From Auanema rhodensis (taxonomy: Eukaryota; Animalia; Nematoda), in contig OZ059894.1 in the NCBI GenBank assembly GCA_964057225.1, forward strand, positions 19,096,001 through 19,160,000: a stretch of 64,000 nt of DNA, given 5' to 3'. The position numbers and the translations under genes were made by a program. Under the pieces are notes generated by a model, which saw only the letters and a list, made by a program, of their open reading frames with translations, was not told the origin of the DNA and did not search any database. Shown here one piece after another: positions 22,701 through 38,700 of this stretch (positions are counted from its first letter, which is position 1; each line of letters opens with the position of its first letter).

Positions 22701-25700
22701 ATATCAGTTGATATCTCGGTGCATTTTTAAGCTAGCGCAAATATGATAACACAGATCGACGCAGCTTAAAAATCCGCATCGACTGCACTATACTACATTG
22801 AGAAACGCTTAATACAAAAATTAGTTATGATCGTTTGAAAAATGATGCATTAGTGTATGTTGAGTTTCCATGTACACTCAACATTGCTTCCAAAAACATT
22901 TTGACAAAAGTTTTTTCGAAAAATTTCAGAATAATTTAGCAAAAAGTAGATGTTTTTAGATTCCTTTTTTCAAGGCAAAGTCGATGGACAATGTTATTCA
23001 ACGAAAAAATTAATTCTTCAGGGTGAAAATCGAGGATATAAGTGTGAACATATATCAGTTGATATCTCGGTGCATTTTTAAGCTAGCGCAAATCTGATAA
23101 CACAGATCGACGCAGCTTAAAAATCCGCATCGAATGCACTATACTACATTGAGAAACGCTTAATACAAAAATTAGTTATGATCGTTTGAAAAATGATGCA
23201 TTAGTGTATGTTGAGTTTCCATGTACACTCAACATTGCTTCCAAAAACATTTTGACAAAAATTTTTTCGAAAAATTTCAAAATAATTTAGCAAAAAGTAG
23301 ATGTTTTTAGATTCCTTTTTCCAAGGCAAAGACGATGGACAATGTTATTCAACGAAAAAATTAATTCTTCAGGGTGAAAATCGAGGATATAAGTGTGAAC
23401 TTATATCAGTTGCTATCTCGGTGCATTTTTAAGCTAGCGCAAATCTGATAACACAGATCGACGCAGCTTAAAAATCCGCATCGAATGCACTATACTACAT
23501 TGAGAAACGCTTAATACAAAAATTAGTTATAATCGTTTGAAAATAGATGCATTAGTGTATGTTGAGTTTCCATGTACACTCAACATTGCTTCCAAAAACA
23601 TTTTGACAAAAATTTTTTCGAAAAATTTCAAATTAAATTAGCAAAAAGTAGATGTTTTTAGATTCCATTTTTTAAGGCAAAGACGATGGACAATGTTATT
23701 CAACGAAAAAATTAATTCTTCAGGGTTAAAATCGAGGATATAAGTGTGAACTTATATCAGTTGATATCTCGGTGCATTTTTAAGCTAGCGCAAATCTGAT
23801 AACACAGATCGACGCAGCTTAAAAATCCGCATCGAATGCACTATACTACATTGAGAAACGCTTGATACAGAAATTAGTTATGATCGTTTGAAAAATGATG
23901 CATTAGTGTATGTTGAGTTTCCATGTACACTCAACATTGCTTCCAAAAACATTTTGACAAAAATTTTTTCGAAACATTTCAAAATAAATTAGGAAAAAAC
24001 AGATGTTTTTAGATTCCTGTTTTCAAGGCCAAGACGATGGACAATGTTATTCAACGAAAAAATTAATTCTTCAGGGTGAAAATCGAGGATATAAGTGTGA
24101 ACTTATATCAGTTGCTATCTCGGTGCATTTTTAAGCTAGCGCTAATCTGATAACACAGATCGACGCAGCTTAAAAATCCGCATCGAATGCACTATACTAC
24201 ATTGAGAAACGCTTAATACAAAAATTAGTTATGATCGTTTGAAAAATGATGCATTAGTGTATGTTGAGTTTCCATGTACACTCAACATTGCTTCCAAAAA
24301 CATTTTGACAAAAGTTTTTTCGAAAAATTTCAGAATAATTTAGCGAAAAATAGATGTTTTTAGATTCCTTTTTTCAAGGCAAAGACGATGGACAATGTTA
24401 TTCAACGAAAAAATTAATTCTTCAGGGTGAAAATCGAGGATATAAGTGTGAACTTATATCAGTTGATATCTCGGTGCATTTTTAAGCTAGCGCAAATCTG
24501 ATAACACAGATCGACGCAGCTTAAAAATCCGCATCGAATGCACTATACTACATTGAGAAACGCTTAATACAAAAATTAGTTATGATCGTTTGAAAAATGA
24601 TGCATTAGTGTATGTTGAGTTTCCATGTACACTCAACATTGCTTCCAAAAACATTTTGACAAAAATTTTTTCGAAAAATTTCAAAATAATTTAGCAAAAA
24701 GTAAATGTTTTTAGATTCCTTTTTTCAAGGCAAAGACGATGGACAATGTTATTCAACGAAAAAATTGATTCTTCAGGGTGAAAATCGAGGATATAAGTGT
24801 GAACTTATATCAGTTGATATCTGGGTGCATTTTTAAGCTAGCGCAAATCTGATAACACAGATCGACGCAGCTTAAAATTCCGCATCGAATGCACTATACT
24901 ACATTGAGAAACGCTTAATACAAAAATTAGTTATGATCGTTTGAAAAATGATGCATTAGTGTATGTTGAGTTTCCATGTACACTCAACATTGCTTCCAAA
25001 AACATTTTGACAAAAATTTTTTCGAAAAATTTCAAAATAATTTAGCAAAAAGTAGATGTTTTTAGATTCCTTTTTTCAAGGCAAAGACGATGGACAATGT
25101 TATTCAACGAAAAAATTAATTCTTCAGGGTGAAAATCGAGGATATAAGTGTGAACATATATCAGTTGATATCTCGGTGCATTTTTAAGCTAGCGCAAATC
25201 TGATAACACAGATCGACGCAGCTTAAAAATCCGCATCGAATGCACTATACTACATTGAGAAACGCTTAATACAAAAATTAGTTATGATCGTTTGAAAAAT
25301 GATGCATTAGTGTATGTTGAGTTTCCATGTACACTCAACATTGCTTCCAAAAACATTTTGACAAAAATTTTTTCGAAAAATTTCAAAATAATTTAGCAAA
25401 AAGTAAATGTTTTTAGATTCCTTTTTTCAAGGCAAAGACGATGGACAATGTTATTCAACGAAAAAATTAATTCTTCAGGGTGAAAATCGAGGATATAAGT
25501 GTGAACTTATATCAGTTGATATCTCGGTGCATTTTTAAGCTAGCGCAAATCTGATAACACAGATCGACGCAGCTTAAAAATCCGCATCGAATGCACTATA
25601 CTACATTGAGAAACGCTTAATACAAAAATTAGTTATGATCGTTTGAAAAATGATGCATTAGTGTATGTTGAGTTTCCATGTACACTCAACATTGCTTCCA

Positions 25701-28700
25701 AAAACATTTTGACAAAAATTTTTTCGAAAAATTTCAAAATAATTTAGCAAAAAGTAAATGTTTTTAGATTCCTTTTTTCAAGGCAAAGACGATGGACAAT
25801 GTTATTCAACGAAAAAATTGATTCTTCAGGGTGAAAATCGAGGATATAAGTGTGAACTTATATCAGTTGATATCTGGGTGCATTTTTAAGCTAGCGCAAA
25901 TCTGATAACACAGATCGACGCAGCTTAAAATTCCGCATCGAATGCACTATACTACATTGAGAAACGCTTAATACAAAAATTAGTTATGATCGTTTGAAAA
26001 ATGATGCATTAGTGTATGTTGAGTTTCCATGTACACTCAACATTGCTTCCAAAAACATTTTGACAAAAATTTTTTCGAAAAATTTCAAAATAATTTAGCA
26101 AAAAGTAGATGTTTTTAGATTCCTTTTTTCAAGGCAAAGACGATGGACAATGTTATTCAACGAAAAAATTAATTCTTCAGGGTGAAAATCGAGGATATAA
26201 GTGTGAACTTATATCAGTTGATATCTGGGTGCATTTTTAAGCTAGCGCAAATCTGATAACACAGATCGACGCAGCTTAAAAATCCGCATCGAATGCACTA
26301 TACTACATTGAGAAACGCTTAATACAAAAATTAGTTATGATCGTTTGAAAAATGATGCATTAGTGTATGTTGAGTTTCCATGTACACTCAACATTGCTTC
26401 CAAAAACATTTTGACAAAAGTTTTTTCGAAAAATTTCAGAATAATTTAGCAAAAAGTAGATGTTTTTAGATTCCTTTTTTCAAGGCAAAGTCGATGGACA
26501 ATGTTATTCAACGAAAAAATTAATTCTTCAGGGTGAAAATCGAGGATATAAGTGTGAACATATATCAGTTGATATCTCGGTGCATTTTTAAGCTAGCGCA
26601 AATCTGATAACACAGATCGACGCAGCTTAAAAATCCGCATCGAATGCACTATACTACATTGAGAAACGCTTAATACAAAAATTAGTTATGATCGTTTGAA
26701 AAATGATGCATTAGTGTATGTTGAGTTTCCATGTACACTCAACATTGCTTCCAAAAACATTTTGACAAAAATTTTTTCGAAAAATTTCAAAATAATTTAG
26801 CAAAAAGTAGATGTTTTTAGATTCCTTTTTTCAAGGCAAAGACGATGGACAATGTTATTCAACGAAAAAATTAATTCTTCAGGGTGAAAATCGAGGATAT
26901 AAGTGTGAACTTATATCAGTTGATATCTGGGTGCATTTTTAAGCTAGCGCAAATCTGATAACACAGATCGACGCAGCTTAAAAATCCGCATCGAATGCAC
27001 TATATTACATTGAGAAACGCTTAATACAAAAATTAGTTATGATCGTTTGAAAAATGATGCATTAGTGTATGTTGAGTTTCCATGTACACTCAACATTGCT
27101 TCCAAAAACATTTTGACAAAAATTTTTTCGAAAAATTTCAAAATAATTTAGCAAAAAGTAGATGTTTTTAGATTCCTTTTTTCAAGGCAAAGACGATGGA
27201 CAATGTTATTCAACGAAAAAATTAATTCTTCAGGGTGAAAATCGAGGATATAAGTGTGAACTTATATCAGTTGATATCTCGGTGCATTTTTAAGCTAGCG
27301 CAAATATGATAACACAGATCGACGCAGCTTAAAAATCCGCATCGACTGCACTATACTACATTGAGAAACGCTTAATACAAAAATTAGTTATGATCGTTTG
27401 AAAAATGATGCATTAGTGTATGTTGAGTTTCCATGTACACTCAACATTGCTTCCAAAAACATTTTGACAAAAGTTTTTTCGAAAAATTTCAGAATAATTT
27501 AGCAAAAAGTAGATGTTTTTAGATTCCTTTTTTCAAGGCAAAGTCGATGGACAATGTTATTCAACGAAAAAATTAATTCTTCAGGGTGAAAATCGAGGAT
27601 ATAAGTGTGAACATATATCAGTTGATATCTCGGTGCATTTTTAAGCTAGCGCAAATCTGATAACACAGATCGACGCAGCTTAAAAATCCGCATCGAATGC
27701 ACTATACTACATTGAGAAACGCTTAATACAAAAATTAGTTATGATCGTTTGAAAAATGATGCATTAGTGTATGTTGAGTTTCCATGTACACTCAACATTG
27801 CTTCCAAAAACATTTTGACAAAAATTTTTTCGAAAAATTTCAAAATAATTTAGCAAAAAGTAGATGTTTTTAGATTCCTTTTTCCAAGGCAAAGACGATG
27901 GACAATGTTATTCAACGAAAAAATTAATTCTTCAGGGTGAAAATCGAGGATATAAGTGTGAACTTATATCAGTTGCTATCTCGGTGCATTTTTAAGCTAG
28001 CGCAAATCTGATAACACAGATCGACGCAGCTTAAAAATCCGCATCGAATGCACTATACTACATTGAGAAACGCTTAATACAAAAATTAGTTATAATCGTT
28101 TGAAAATAGATGCATTAGTGTATGTTGAGTTTCCATGTACACTCAACATTGCTTCCAAAAACATTTTGACAAAAATTTTTTCGAAAAATTTCAAATTAAA
28201 TTAGCAAAAAGTAGATGTTTTTAGATTCCATTTTTTAAGGCAAAGACGATGGACAATGTTATTCAACGAAAAAATTAATTCTTCAGGGTTAAAATCGAGG
28301 ATATAAGTGTGAACTTATATCAGTTGATATCTCGGTGCATTTTTAAGCTAGCGCAAATCTGATAACACAGATCGACGCAGCTTAAAAATCCGCATCGAAT
28401 GCACTATACTACATTGAGAAACGCTTGATACAGAAATTAGTTATGATCGTTTGAAAAATGATGCATTAGTGTATGTTGAGTTTCCATGTACACTCAACAT
28501 TGCTTCCAAAAACATTTTGACAAAAATTTTTTCGAAACATTTCAAAATAAATTAGGAAAAAACAGATGTTTTTAGATTCCTGTTTTCAAGGCCAAGACGA
28601 TGGACAATGTTATTCAACGAAAAAATTAATTCTTCAGGGTGAAAATCGAGGATATAAGTGTGAACTTATATCAGTTGCTATCTCGGTGCATTTTTAAGCT

Positions 28701-29715
28701 AGCGCTAATCTGATAACACAGATCGACGCAGCTTAAAAATCCGCATCGAATGCACTATACTACATTGAGAAACGCTTAATACAAAAATTAGTTATGATCG
28801 TTTGAAAAATGATGCATTAGTGTATGTTGAGTTTCCATGTACACTCAACATTGCTTCCAAAAACATTTTGACAAAAGTTTTTTCGAAAAATTTCAGAATA
28901 ATTTAGCGAAAAATAGATGTTTTTAGATTCCTTTTTTCAAGGCAAAGACGATGGACAATGTTATTCAACGAAAAAATTAATTCTTCAGGGTGAAAATCGA
29001 GGATATAAGTGTGAACTTATATCAGTTGATATCTCGGTGCATTTTTAAGCTAGCGCAAATCTGATAACACAGATCGACGCAGCTTAAAAATCCGCATCGA
29101 ATGCACTATACTACATTGAGAAACGCTTAATACAAAAATTAGTTATGATCGTTTGAAAAATGATGCATTAGTGTATGTTGAGTTTCCATGTACACTCAAC
29201 ATTGCTTCCAAAAACATTTTGACAAAAATTTTTTCGAAAAATTTCAAAATAATTTAGCAAAAAGTAAATGTTTTTAGATTCCTTTTTTCAAGGCAAAGAC
29301 GATGGACAATGTTATTCAACGAAAAAATTGATTCTTCAGGGTGAAAATCGAGGATATAAGTGTGAACTTATATCAGTTGATATCTGGGTGCATTTTTAAG
29401 CTAGCGCAAATCTGATAACACAGATCGACGCAGCTTAAAATTCCGCATCGAATGCACTATACTACATTGAGAAACGCTTAATACAAAAATTAGTTATGAT
29501 CGTTTGAAAAATGATGCATTAGTGTATGTTGAGTTTCCATGTACACTCAACATTGCTTCCAAAAACATTTTGACAAAAATTTTTTCGAAAAATTTCAAAA
29601 TAATTTAGCAAAAAGTAGATGTTTTTAGATTCCTTTTTTCAAGGCAAAGACGATGGACAATGTTATTCAACGAAAAAATTAATTCTTCAGGGTGAAAATC
29701 GAGGATATAAGTGTG
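19800..29715 (+). repeat. 13-monomer (4,563-bp) higher-order duplication
   Basis: Variants recur at +4563: TATATTAC (22442/27005), CGACTGCAC (22783/27346), GGCCAAG (24030/28593), GTAAATG (20141/24704/29267). Boundaries are approximate. Confidence 0.85.
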
Positions 29716-32700
29716 AACTTATATCAGTTGATATCTGGGTGCATTTTTAAGCTAGCGCAAATCTGATAACACAGATCGACGCAGCTTAAAAATCCGCATC
29801 GAATGCACTATACTACATTGAGAAACGCTTAATACAAAAATTAGTTATGATCGTTTGAAAAATGATGCATTAGTGTATGTTGAGTTTCCATGTACACTCA
29901 ACATTGCTTCCAAAAACATTTTGACAAAAGTTTTTTCGAAAAATTTCAGAATAATTTAGCAAAAAGTAGATGTTTTTAGATTCCTTTTTTCAAGGCAAAG
30001 TCGATGGACAATGTTATTCAACGAAAAAATTAATTCTTCAGGGTGAAAATCGAGGATATAAGTGTGAACATATATCAGTTGATATCTCGGTGCATTTTTA
30101 AGCTAGCGCAAATCTGATAACACAGATCGACGCAGCTTAAAAATCCGCATCGAATGCACTATACTACATTGAGAAACGCTTAATACAAAAATTAGTTATG
30201 ATCGTTTGAAAAATGATGCATTAGTGTATGTTGAGTTTCCATGTACACTCAACATTGCTTCCAAAAACATTTTGACAAAAATTTTTTCGAAAAATTTCAA
30301 AATAATTTAGCAAAAAGTAGATGTTTTTAGATTCCTTTTTCCAAGGCAAAGACGATGGACAATGTTATTCAACGAAAAAATTAATTCTTCAGGGTGAAAA
30401 TCGAGGATATAAGTGTGAACTTATATCAGTTGCTATCTCGGTGCATTTTTAAGCTAGCGCAAATCTGATAACACAGATCGACGCAGCTTAAAAATCCGCA
30501 TCGAATGCACTATACTACATTGAGAAACGCTTAATACAAAAATTAGTTATAATCGTTTGAAAATAGATGCATTAGTGTATGTTGAGTTTCCATGTACACT
30601 CAACATTGCTTCCAAAAACATTTTGACAAAAATTTTTTCGAAAAATTTCAAATTAAATTAGCAAAAAGTAGATGTTTTTAGATTCCATTTTTTAAGGCAA
30701 AGACGATGGACAATGTTATTCAACGGAAAAATTAATTCTTCAGGGTTAAAATCGAGGATATAAGTGTGAACTTATATCAGTTGATATCTCGGTGCATTTT
30801 TAAGCTAGCGCAAATCTGATAACACAGATCGACGCAGCTTAAAAATCCGCATCGAATGCACTATACTACATTGAGAAACGCTTGATACAGAAATTAGTTA
30901 TGATCGTTTGAAAAATGATGCATTAGTGTATGTTGAGTTTCCATGTACACTCAACATTGCTTCCAAAAACATTTTGACAAAAATTTTTTCGAAACATTTC
31001 AAAATAAATTAGGAAAAAACAGATGTTTTTAGATTCCTGTTTTCAAGGCCAAGACGATGGACAATGTTATTCAACGAAAAAATTAATTCTTCAGGGTGAA
31101 AATCGAGGATATAAGTGTGAACTTATATCAGTTGCTATCTCGGTGCATTTTTAAGCTAGCGCTAATCTGATAACACAGATCGACGCAGCTTAAAAATCCG
31201 CATCGAATGCACTATACTACATTGAGAAACGCTTAATACAAAAATTAGTTATGATCGTTTGAAAAATGATGCATTAGTGTATGTTGAGTTTCCATGTACA
31301 CTCAACATTGCTTCCAAAAACATTTTGACAAAAGTTTTTTCGAAAAATTTCAGAATAATTTAGCGAAAAATAGATGTTTTTAGATTCCTTTTTTCAAGGC
31401 AAAGACGATGGACAATGTTATTCAACGAAAAAATTAATTCTTCAGGGTGAAAATCGAGGATATAAGTGTGAACTTATATCAGTTGATATCTCGGTGCATT
31501 TTTAAGCTAGCGCAAATCTGATAACACAGATCGACGCAGCTTAAAAATCCGCATCGAATGCACTATACTACATTGAGAAACGCTTAATACAAAAATTAGT
31601 TATGATCGTTTGAAAAATGATGCATTAGTGTATGTTGAGTTTCCATGTACACTCAACATTGCTTCCAAAAACATTTTGACAAAAATTTTTTCGAAAAATT
31701 TCAAAATAATTTAGCAAAAAGTAAATGTTTTTAGATTCCTTTTTTCAAGGCAAAGACGATGGACAATGTTATTCAACGAAAAAATTGATTCTTCAGGGTG
31801 AAAATCGAGGATATAAGTGTGAACTTATATCAGTTGATATCTGGGTGCATTTTTAAGCTAGCGCAAATCTGATAACACAGATCGACGCAGCTTAAAATTC
31901 CGCATCGAATGCACTATACTACATTGAGAAACGCTTAATACAAAAATTAGTTATGATCGTTTGAAAAATGATGCATTAGTGTATGTTGAGTTTCCATGTA
32001 CACTCAACATTGCTTCCAAAAACATTTTGACAAAAATTTTTTCGAAAAATTTCAAAATAATTTAGCAAAAAGTAGATGTTTTTAGATTCCTTTTTTCAAG
32101 GCAAAGACGATGGACAATGTTATTCAACGAAAAAATTAATTCTTCAGGGTGAAAATCGAGGATATAAGTGTGAACTTATATCAGTTGATATCTGGGTGCA
32201 TTTTTAAGCTAGCGCAAATCTGATAACACAGATCGACGCAGCTTAAAAATCCGCATCGAATGCACTATACTACATTGAGAAACGCTTAATACAAAAATTA
32301 GTTATGATCGTTTGAAAAATGATGCATTAGTGTATGTTGAGTTTCCATGTACACTCAACATTGCTTCCAAAAACATTTTGACAAAAGTTTTTTCGAAAAA
32401 TTTCAGAATAATTTAGCAAAAAGTAGATGTTTTTAGATTCCTTTTTTCAAGGCAAAGTCGATGGACAATGTTATTCAACGAAAAAATTAATTCTTCAGGG
32501 TGAAAATCGAGGATATAAGTGTGAACATATATCAGTTGATATCTCGGTGCATTTTTAAGCTAGCGCAAATCTGATAACACAGATCGACGCAGCTTAAAAA
32601 TCCGCATCGAATGCACTATACTACATTGAGAAACGCTTAATACAAAAATTAGTTATGATCGTTTGAAAAATGATGCATTAGTGTATGTTGAGTTTCCATG

Positions 32701-35700
32701 TACACTCAACATTGCTTCCAAAAACATTTTGACAAAAATTTTTTCGAAAAATTTCAAAATAATTTAGCAAAAAGTAGATGTTTTTAGATTCCTTTTTCCA
32801 AGGCAAAGACGATGGACAATGTTATTCAACGAAAAAATTAATTCTTCAGGGTGAAAATCGAGGATATAAGTGTGAACTTATATCAGTTGCTATCTCGGTG
32901 CATTTTTAAGCTAGCGCAAATCTGATAACACAGATCGACGCAGCTTAAAAATCCGCATCGAATGCACTATACTACATTGAGAAACGCTTAATACAAAAAT
33001 TAGTTATAATCGTTTGAAAAATGATGCATTAGTGTATGTTGAGTTTCCATGTACACTCAACATTGCTTCCAAAAACATTTTGACAAAAGTTTTTTCGAAA
33101 AATTTCAGAATAATTTAGCAAAAAGTAGATGTTTTTAGATTCCTTTTTTCAAGGCAAAGACGATGGACAATGTTATTCAACGAAAAAATTAATTCTTCAG
33201 GGTGAAAATCGAGGATATAAGTGTGAACTTATATCAGTTGATATCTCGGTGCATTTTTAAGCTAGCGCAAATCTGATAACACAGATCGACGCAGCTTAAA
33301 AATCCGCATCGAATGCACTATACTACATTGAGAAACGCTTAATACAAAAATTAGTTATGATCGTTTGAAAAATGATGCATTAGTGTATGTTGAGTTTCCA
33401 TGTACACTCAACATTGCTTCCAAAAACATTTTGACAAAAATTTTTTCGAAAAATTTCAAAATAATTTAGCAAAAAGTAAATGTTTTTAGATTCCTTTTTT
33501 CAAGGCAAAGACGATGGACAATGTTATTCAACGAAAAAATTGATTCTTCAGGGTGAAAATCGAGGATATAAGTGTGAACTTATATCAGTTGATATCTGGG
33601 TGCATTTTTAAGCTAGCGCAAATCTGATAACACAGATCGACGCAGCTTAAAATTCCGCATCGAATGCACTATACTACATTGAGAAACGCTTAATACAAAA
33701 ATTAGTTATGATCGTTTGAAAAATGATGCATTAGTGTATGTTGAGTTTCCATGTACACTCAACATTGCTTCCAAAAACATTTTGACAAAAATTTTTTCGA
33801 AAAATTTCAAAATAATTTAGCAAAAAGTAGATGTTTTTAGATTCCTTTTTTCAAGGCAAAGACGATGGACAATGTTATTCAACGAAAAAATTAATTCTTC
33901 AGGGTGAAAATCGAGGATATAAGTGTGAACTTATATCAGTTGATATCTGGGTGCATTTTTAAGCTAGCGCAAATCTGATAACACAGATCGACGCAGCTTA
34001 AAAATCCGCATCGAATGCACTATACTACATTGAGAAACGCTTAATACAAAAATTAGTTATGATCGTTTGAAAAATGATGCATTAGTGTATGTTGAGTTTC
34101 CATGTACACTCAACATTGCTTCCAAAAACATTTTGACAAAAGTTTTTTCGAAAAATTTCAGAATAATTTAGCAAAAAGTAGATGTTTTTAGATTCCTTTT
34201 TTCAAGGCAAAGTCGATGGACAATGTTATTCAACGAAAAAATTAATTCTTCAGGGTGAAAATCGAGGATATAAGTGTGAACATATATCAGTTGATATCTC
34301 GGTGCATTTTTAAGCTAGCGCAAATCTGATAACACAGATCGACGCAGCTTAAAAATCCGCATCGAATGCACTATACTACATTGAGAAACGCTTAATACAA
34401 AAATTAGTTATGATCGTTTGAAAAATGATGCATTAGTGTATGTTGAGTTTCCATGTACACTCAACATTGCTTCCAAAAACATTTTGACAAAAATTTTTTC
34501 GAAAAATTTCAAAATAATTTAGCAAAAAGTAGATGTTTTTAGATTCCTTTTTCCAAGGCAAAGACGATGGACAATGTTATTCAACGAAAAAATTAATTCT
34601 TCAGGGTGAAAATCGAGGATATAAGTGTGAACTTATATCAGTTGCTATCTCGGTGCATTTTTAAGCTAGCGCAAATCTGATAACACAGATCGACGCAGCT
34701 TAAAAATCCGCATCGAATGCACTATACTACATTGAGAAACGCTTAATACAAAAATTAGTTATAATCGTTTGAAAATAGATGCATTAGTGTATGTTGAGTT
34801 TCCATGTACACTCAACATTGCTTCCAAAAACATTTTGACAAAAATTTTTTCGAAAAATTTCAAATTAAATTAGCAAAAAGTAGATGTTTTTAGATTCCAT
34901 TTTTTAAGGCAAAGACGATGGACAATGTTATTCAACGGAAAAATTAATTCTTCAGGGTTAAAATCGAGGATATAAGTGTGAACTTATATCAGTTGATATC
35001 TCGGTGCATTTTTAAGCTAGCGCAAATCTGATAACACAGATCGACGCAGCTTAAAAATCCGCATCGAATGCACTATACTACATTGAGAAACGCTTGATAC
35101 AGAAATTAGTTATGATCGTTTGAAAAATGATGCATTAGTGTATGTTGAGTTTCCATGTACACTCAACATTGCTTCCAAAAACATTTTGACAAAAATTTTT
35201 TCGAAACATTTCAAAATAAATTAGGAAAAAACAGATGTTTTTAGATTCCTGTTTTCAAGGCCAAGACGATGGACAATGTTATTCAACGAAAAAATTAATT
35301 CTTCAGGGTGAAAATCGAGGATATAAGTGTGAACTTATATCAGTTGCTATCTCGGTGCATTTTTAAGCTAGCGCTAATCTGATAACACAGATCGACGCAG
35401 CTTAAAAATCCGCATCGAATGCACTATACTACATTGAGAAACGCTTAATACAAAAATTAGTTATGATCGTTTGAAAAATGATGCATTAGTGTATGTTGAG
35501 TTTCCATGTACACTCAACATTGCTTCCAAAAACATTTTGACAAAAGTTTTTTCGAAAAATTTCAGAATAATTTAGCGAAAAATAGATGTTTTTAGATTCC
35601 TTTTTTCAAGGCAAAGACGATGGACAATGTTATTCAACGAAAAAATTAATTCTTCAGGGTGAAAATCGAGGATATAAGTGTGAACTTATATCAGTTGATA

Positions 35701-38700
35701 TCTCGGTGCATTTTTAAGCTAGCGCAAATCTGATAACACAGATCGACGCAGCTTAAAAATCCGCATCGAATGCACTATACTACATTGAGAAACGCTTAAT
35801 ACAAAAATTAGTTATGATCGTTTGAAAAATGATGCATTAGTGTATGTTGAGTTTCCATGTACACTCAACATTGCTTCCAAAAACATTTTGACAAAAATTT
35901 TTTCGAAAAATTTCAAAATAATTTAGCAAAAAGTAGATGTTTTTAGATTCCTTTTTTCAAGGCAAAGACGATGGACAATGTTATTCAACGAAAAAATTGA
36001 TTCTTCAGGGTGAAAATCGAGGATATAAGTGTGAACTTATATCAGTTGATATCTCGGTGCATTTTTAAGCTAGCGCAAATATGATAACACAGATCGACGC
36101 AACTTAAAAATCCGCATCGACTGCACTATACTACATTGAGAAACGCTTAATACAAAAATTAGTTATGATCGTTTGAAAAATGATGCATTAGTGTATGTTG
36201 AGTTTCCATGTACACTCAACATTGCTTCCAAAAACATTTTGACAAAAGTTTTTTCGAAAAATTTCAGAATAATTTAGCAAAAAGTAGATGTTTTTAGATT
36301 CCTTTTTTCAAGGCAAAGACGATGGACAATGTTATTCAACGAAAAAATTAATTCTTCAGGGTGAAAATCGAGGATATAAGTGTGAACTTATATCAGTTGA
36401 TATCTCGGTGCATTTTTAAGCTAGCGCAAATCTGATAACACAGATCGACGCAGCTTAAAAATCCGCATCGAATGCACTATACTACATTGAGAAACGCTTA
36501 ATACAAAAATTAGTTATGATCGTTTGAAAAATGATGCATTAGTGTATGTTGAGTTTCCATGTACACTCAACATTGCTTCCAAAAACATTTTGACAAAAAT
36601 TTTTTCGAAAAATTTCAAAATAATTTAGCAAAAAGTAAATGTTTTTAGATTCCTTTTTTCAAGGCAAAGACGATGGACAATGTTATTCAACGAAAAAATT
36701 GATTCTTCAGGGTGAAAATCGAGGATATAAGTGTGAACTTATATCAGTTGATATCTGGGTGCATTTTTAAGCTAGCGCAAATCTGATAACACAGATCGAC
36801 GCAGCTTAAAATTCCGCATCGAATGCACTATACTACATTGAGAAACGCTTAATACAAAAATTAGTTATGATCGTTTGAAAAATGATGCATTAGTGTATGT
36901 TGAGTTTCCATGTACACTCAACATTGCTTCCAAAAACATTTTGACAAAAATTTTTTCGAAAAATTTCAAAATAATTTAGCAAAAAGTAGATGTTTTTAGA
37001 TTCCTTTTTTCAAGGCAAAGACGATGGACAATGTTATTCAACGAAAAAATTAATTCTTCAGGGTGAAAATCGAGGATATAAGTGTGAACTTATATCAGTT
37101 GATATCTGGGTGCATTTTTAAGCTAGCGCAAATCTGATAACACAGATCGACGCAGCTTAAAAATCCGCATCGAATGCACTATACTACATTGAGAAACGCT
37201 TAATACAAAAATTAGTTATGATCGTTTGAAAAATGATGCATTAGTGTATGTTGAGTTTCCATGTACACTCAACATTGCTTCCAAAAACATTTTGACAAAA
37301 ATTTTTTCGAAAAATTTCAAAATAATTTAGCAAAAAGTAGATGTTTTTAGATTCCTTTTTTCAAGGCAAAGACGATGGACAATGTTATTCAACGCAAAAA
37401 TTGATTCTTCAGGGTGAAAATCGAGGATATAAGTGTGAACTTATATCAGTTGATATCTCGGTGCATTTTTAAGCTAGCGCAAATATGATAACACAGATCG
37501 ACGCAACTTAAAAATCCGCATCGACTGCACTATACTACATTGAGAAACGCTTAATACAAAAATTAGTTATGATCGTTTGAAAAATGATGCATTAGTGTAT
37601 GTTGAGTTTCCATGTACACTCAACATTGCTTCCAAAAACATTTTGACAAAAGTTTTTTCGAAAAATTTCAGAATAATTTAGCAAAAAGTAGATGTTTTTA
37701 GATTCCTTTTTTCAAGGCAAAGACGATGGACAATGTTATTCAACGAAAAAATTAATTCTTCAGGGTGAAAATCGAGGATATAAGTGTGAACTTATATCAG
37801 TTGATATCTCGGTGCATTTTTAAGCTAGCGCAAATCTGATAACACAGATCGACGCAGCTTAAAAATCCGCATCGAATGCACTATACTACATTGAGAAACG
37901 CTTAATACAAAAATTAGTTATGATCGTTTGAAAAATGATGCATTAGTGTATGTTGAGTTTCCATGTACACTCAACATTGCTTCCAAAAACATTTTGACAA
38001 AAATTTTTTCGAAAAATTTCAAAATAATTTAGCAAAAAGTAAATGTTTTTAGATTCCTTTTTTCAAGGCAAAGACGATGGACAATGTTATTCAACGAAAA
38101 AATTGATTCTTCAGGGTGAAAATCGAGGATATAAGTGTGAACTTATATCAGTTGATATCTGGGTGCATTTTTAAGCTAGCGCAAATCTGATAACACAGAT
38201 CGACGCAGCTTAAAATTCCGCATCGAATGCACTATACTACATTGAGAAACGCTTAATACAAAAATTAGTTATGATCGTTTGAAAAATGATGCATTAGTGT
38301 ATGTTGAGTTTCCATGTACACTCAACATTGCTTCCAAAAACATTTTGACAAAAATTTTTTCGAAAAATTTCAAAATAATTTAGCAAAAAGTAGATGTTTT
38401 TAGATTCCTTTTTTTAAGGCAAAGACGATGGACAATGTTATTCAACGAAAAAATTAATTCTTCAGGGTGAAAATCGAGGATATAAGTGTGAACTTATATC
38501 AGTTGATATCTGGGTGCATTTTTAAGCTAGCGCAAATATGATAACACAGATCGACGCAACTTAAAAATCCGCATCGAATGCACTATACTACATTGAGAAA
38601 CGCTTAATACAAAAATTAGTTATGATCGTTTGAAAAATGATGCATTAGTGTATGTTGAGTTTCCATGTACACTCAACATTGCTTCCAAAAACATTTTGAC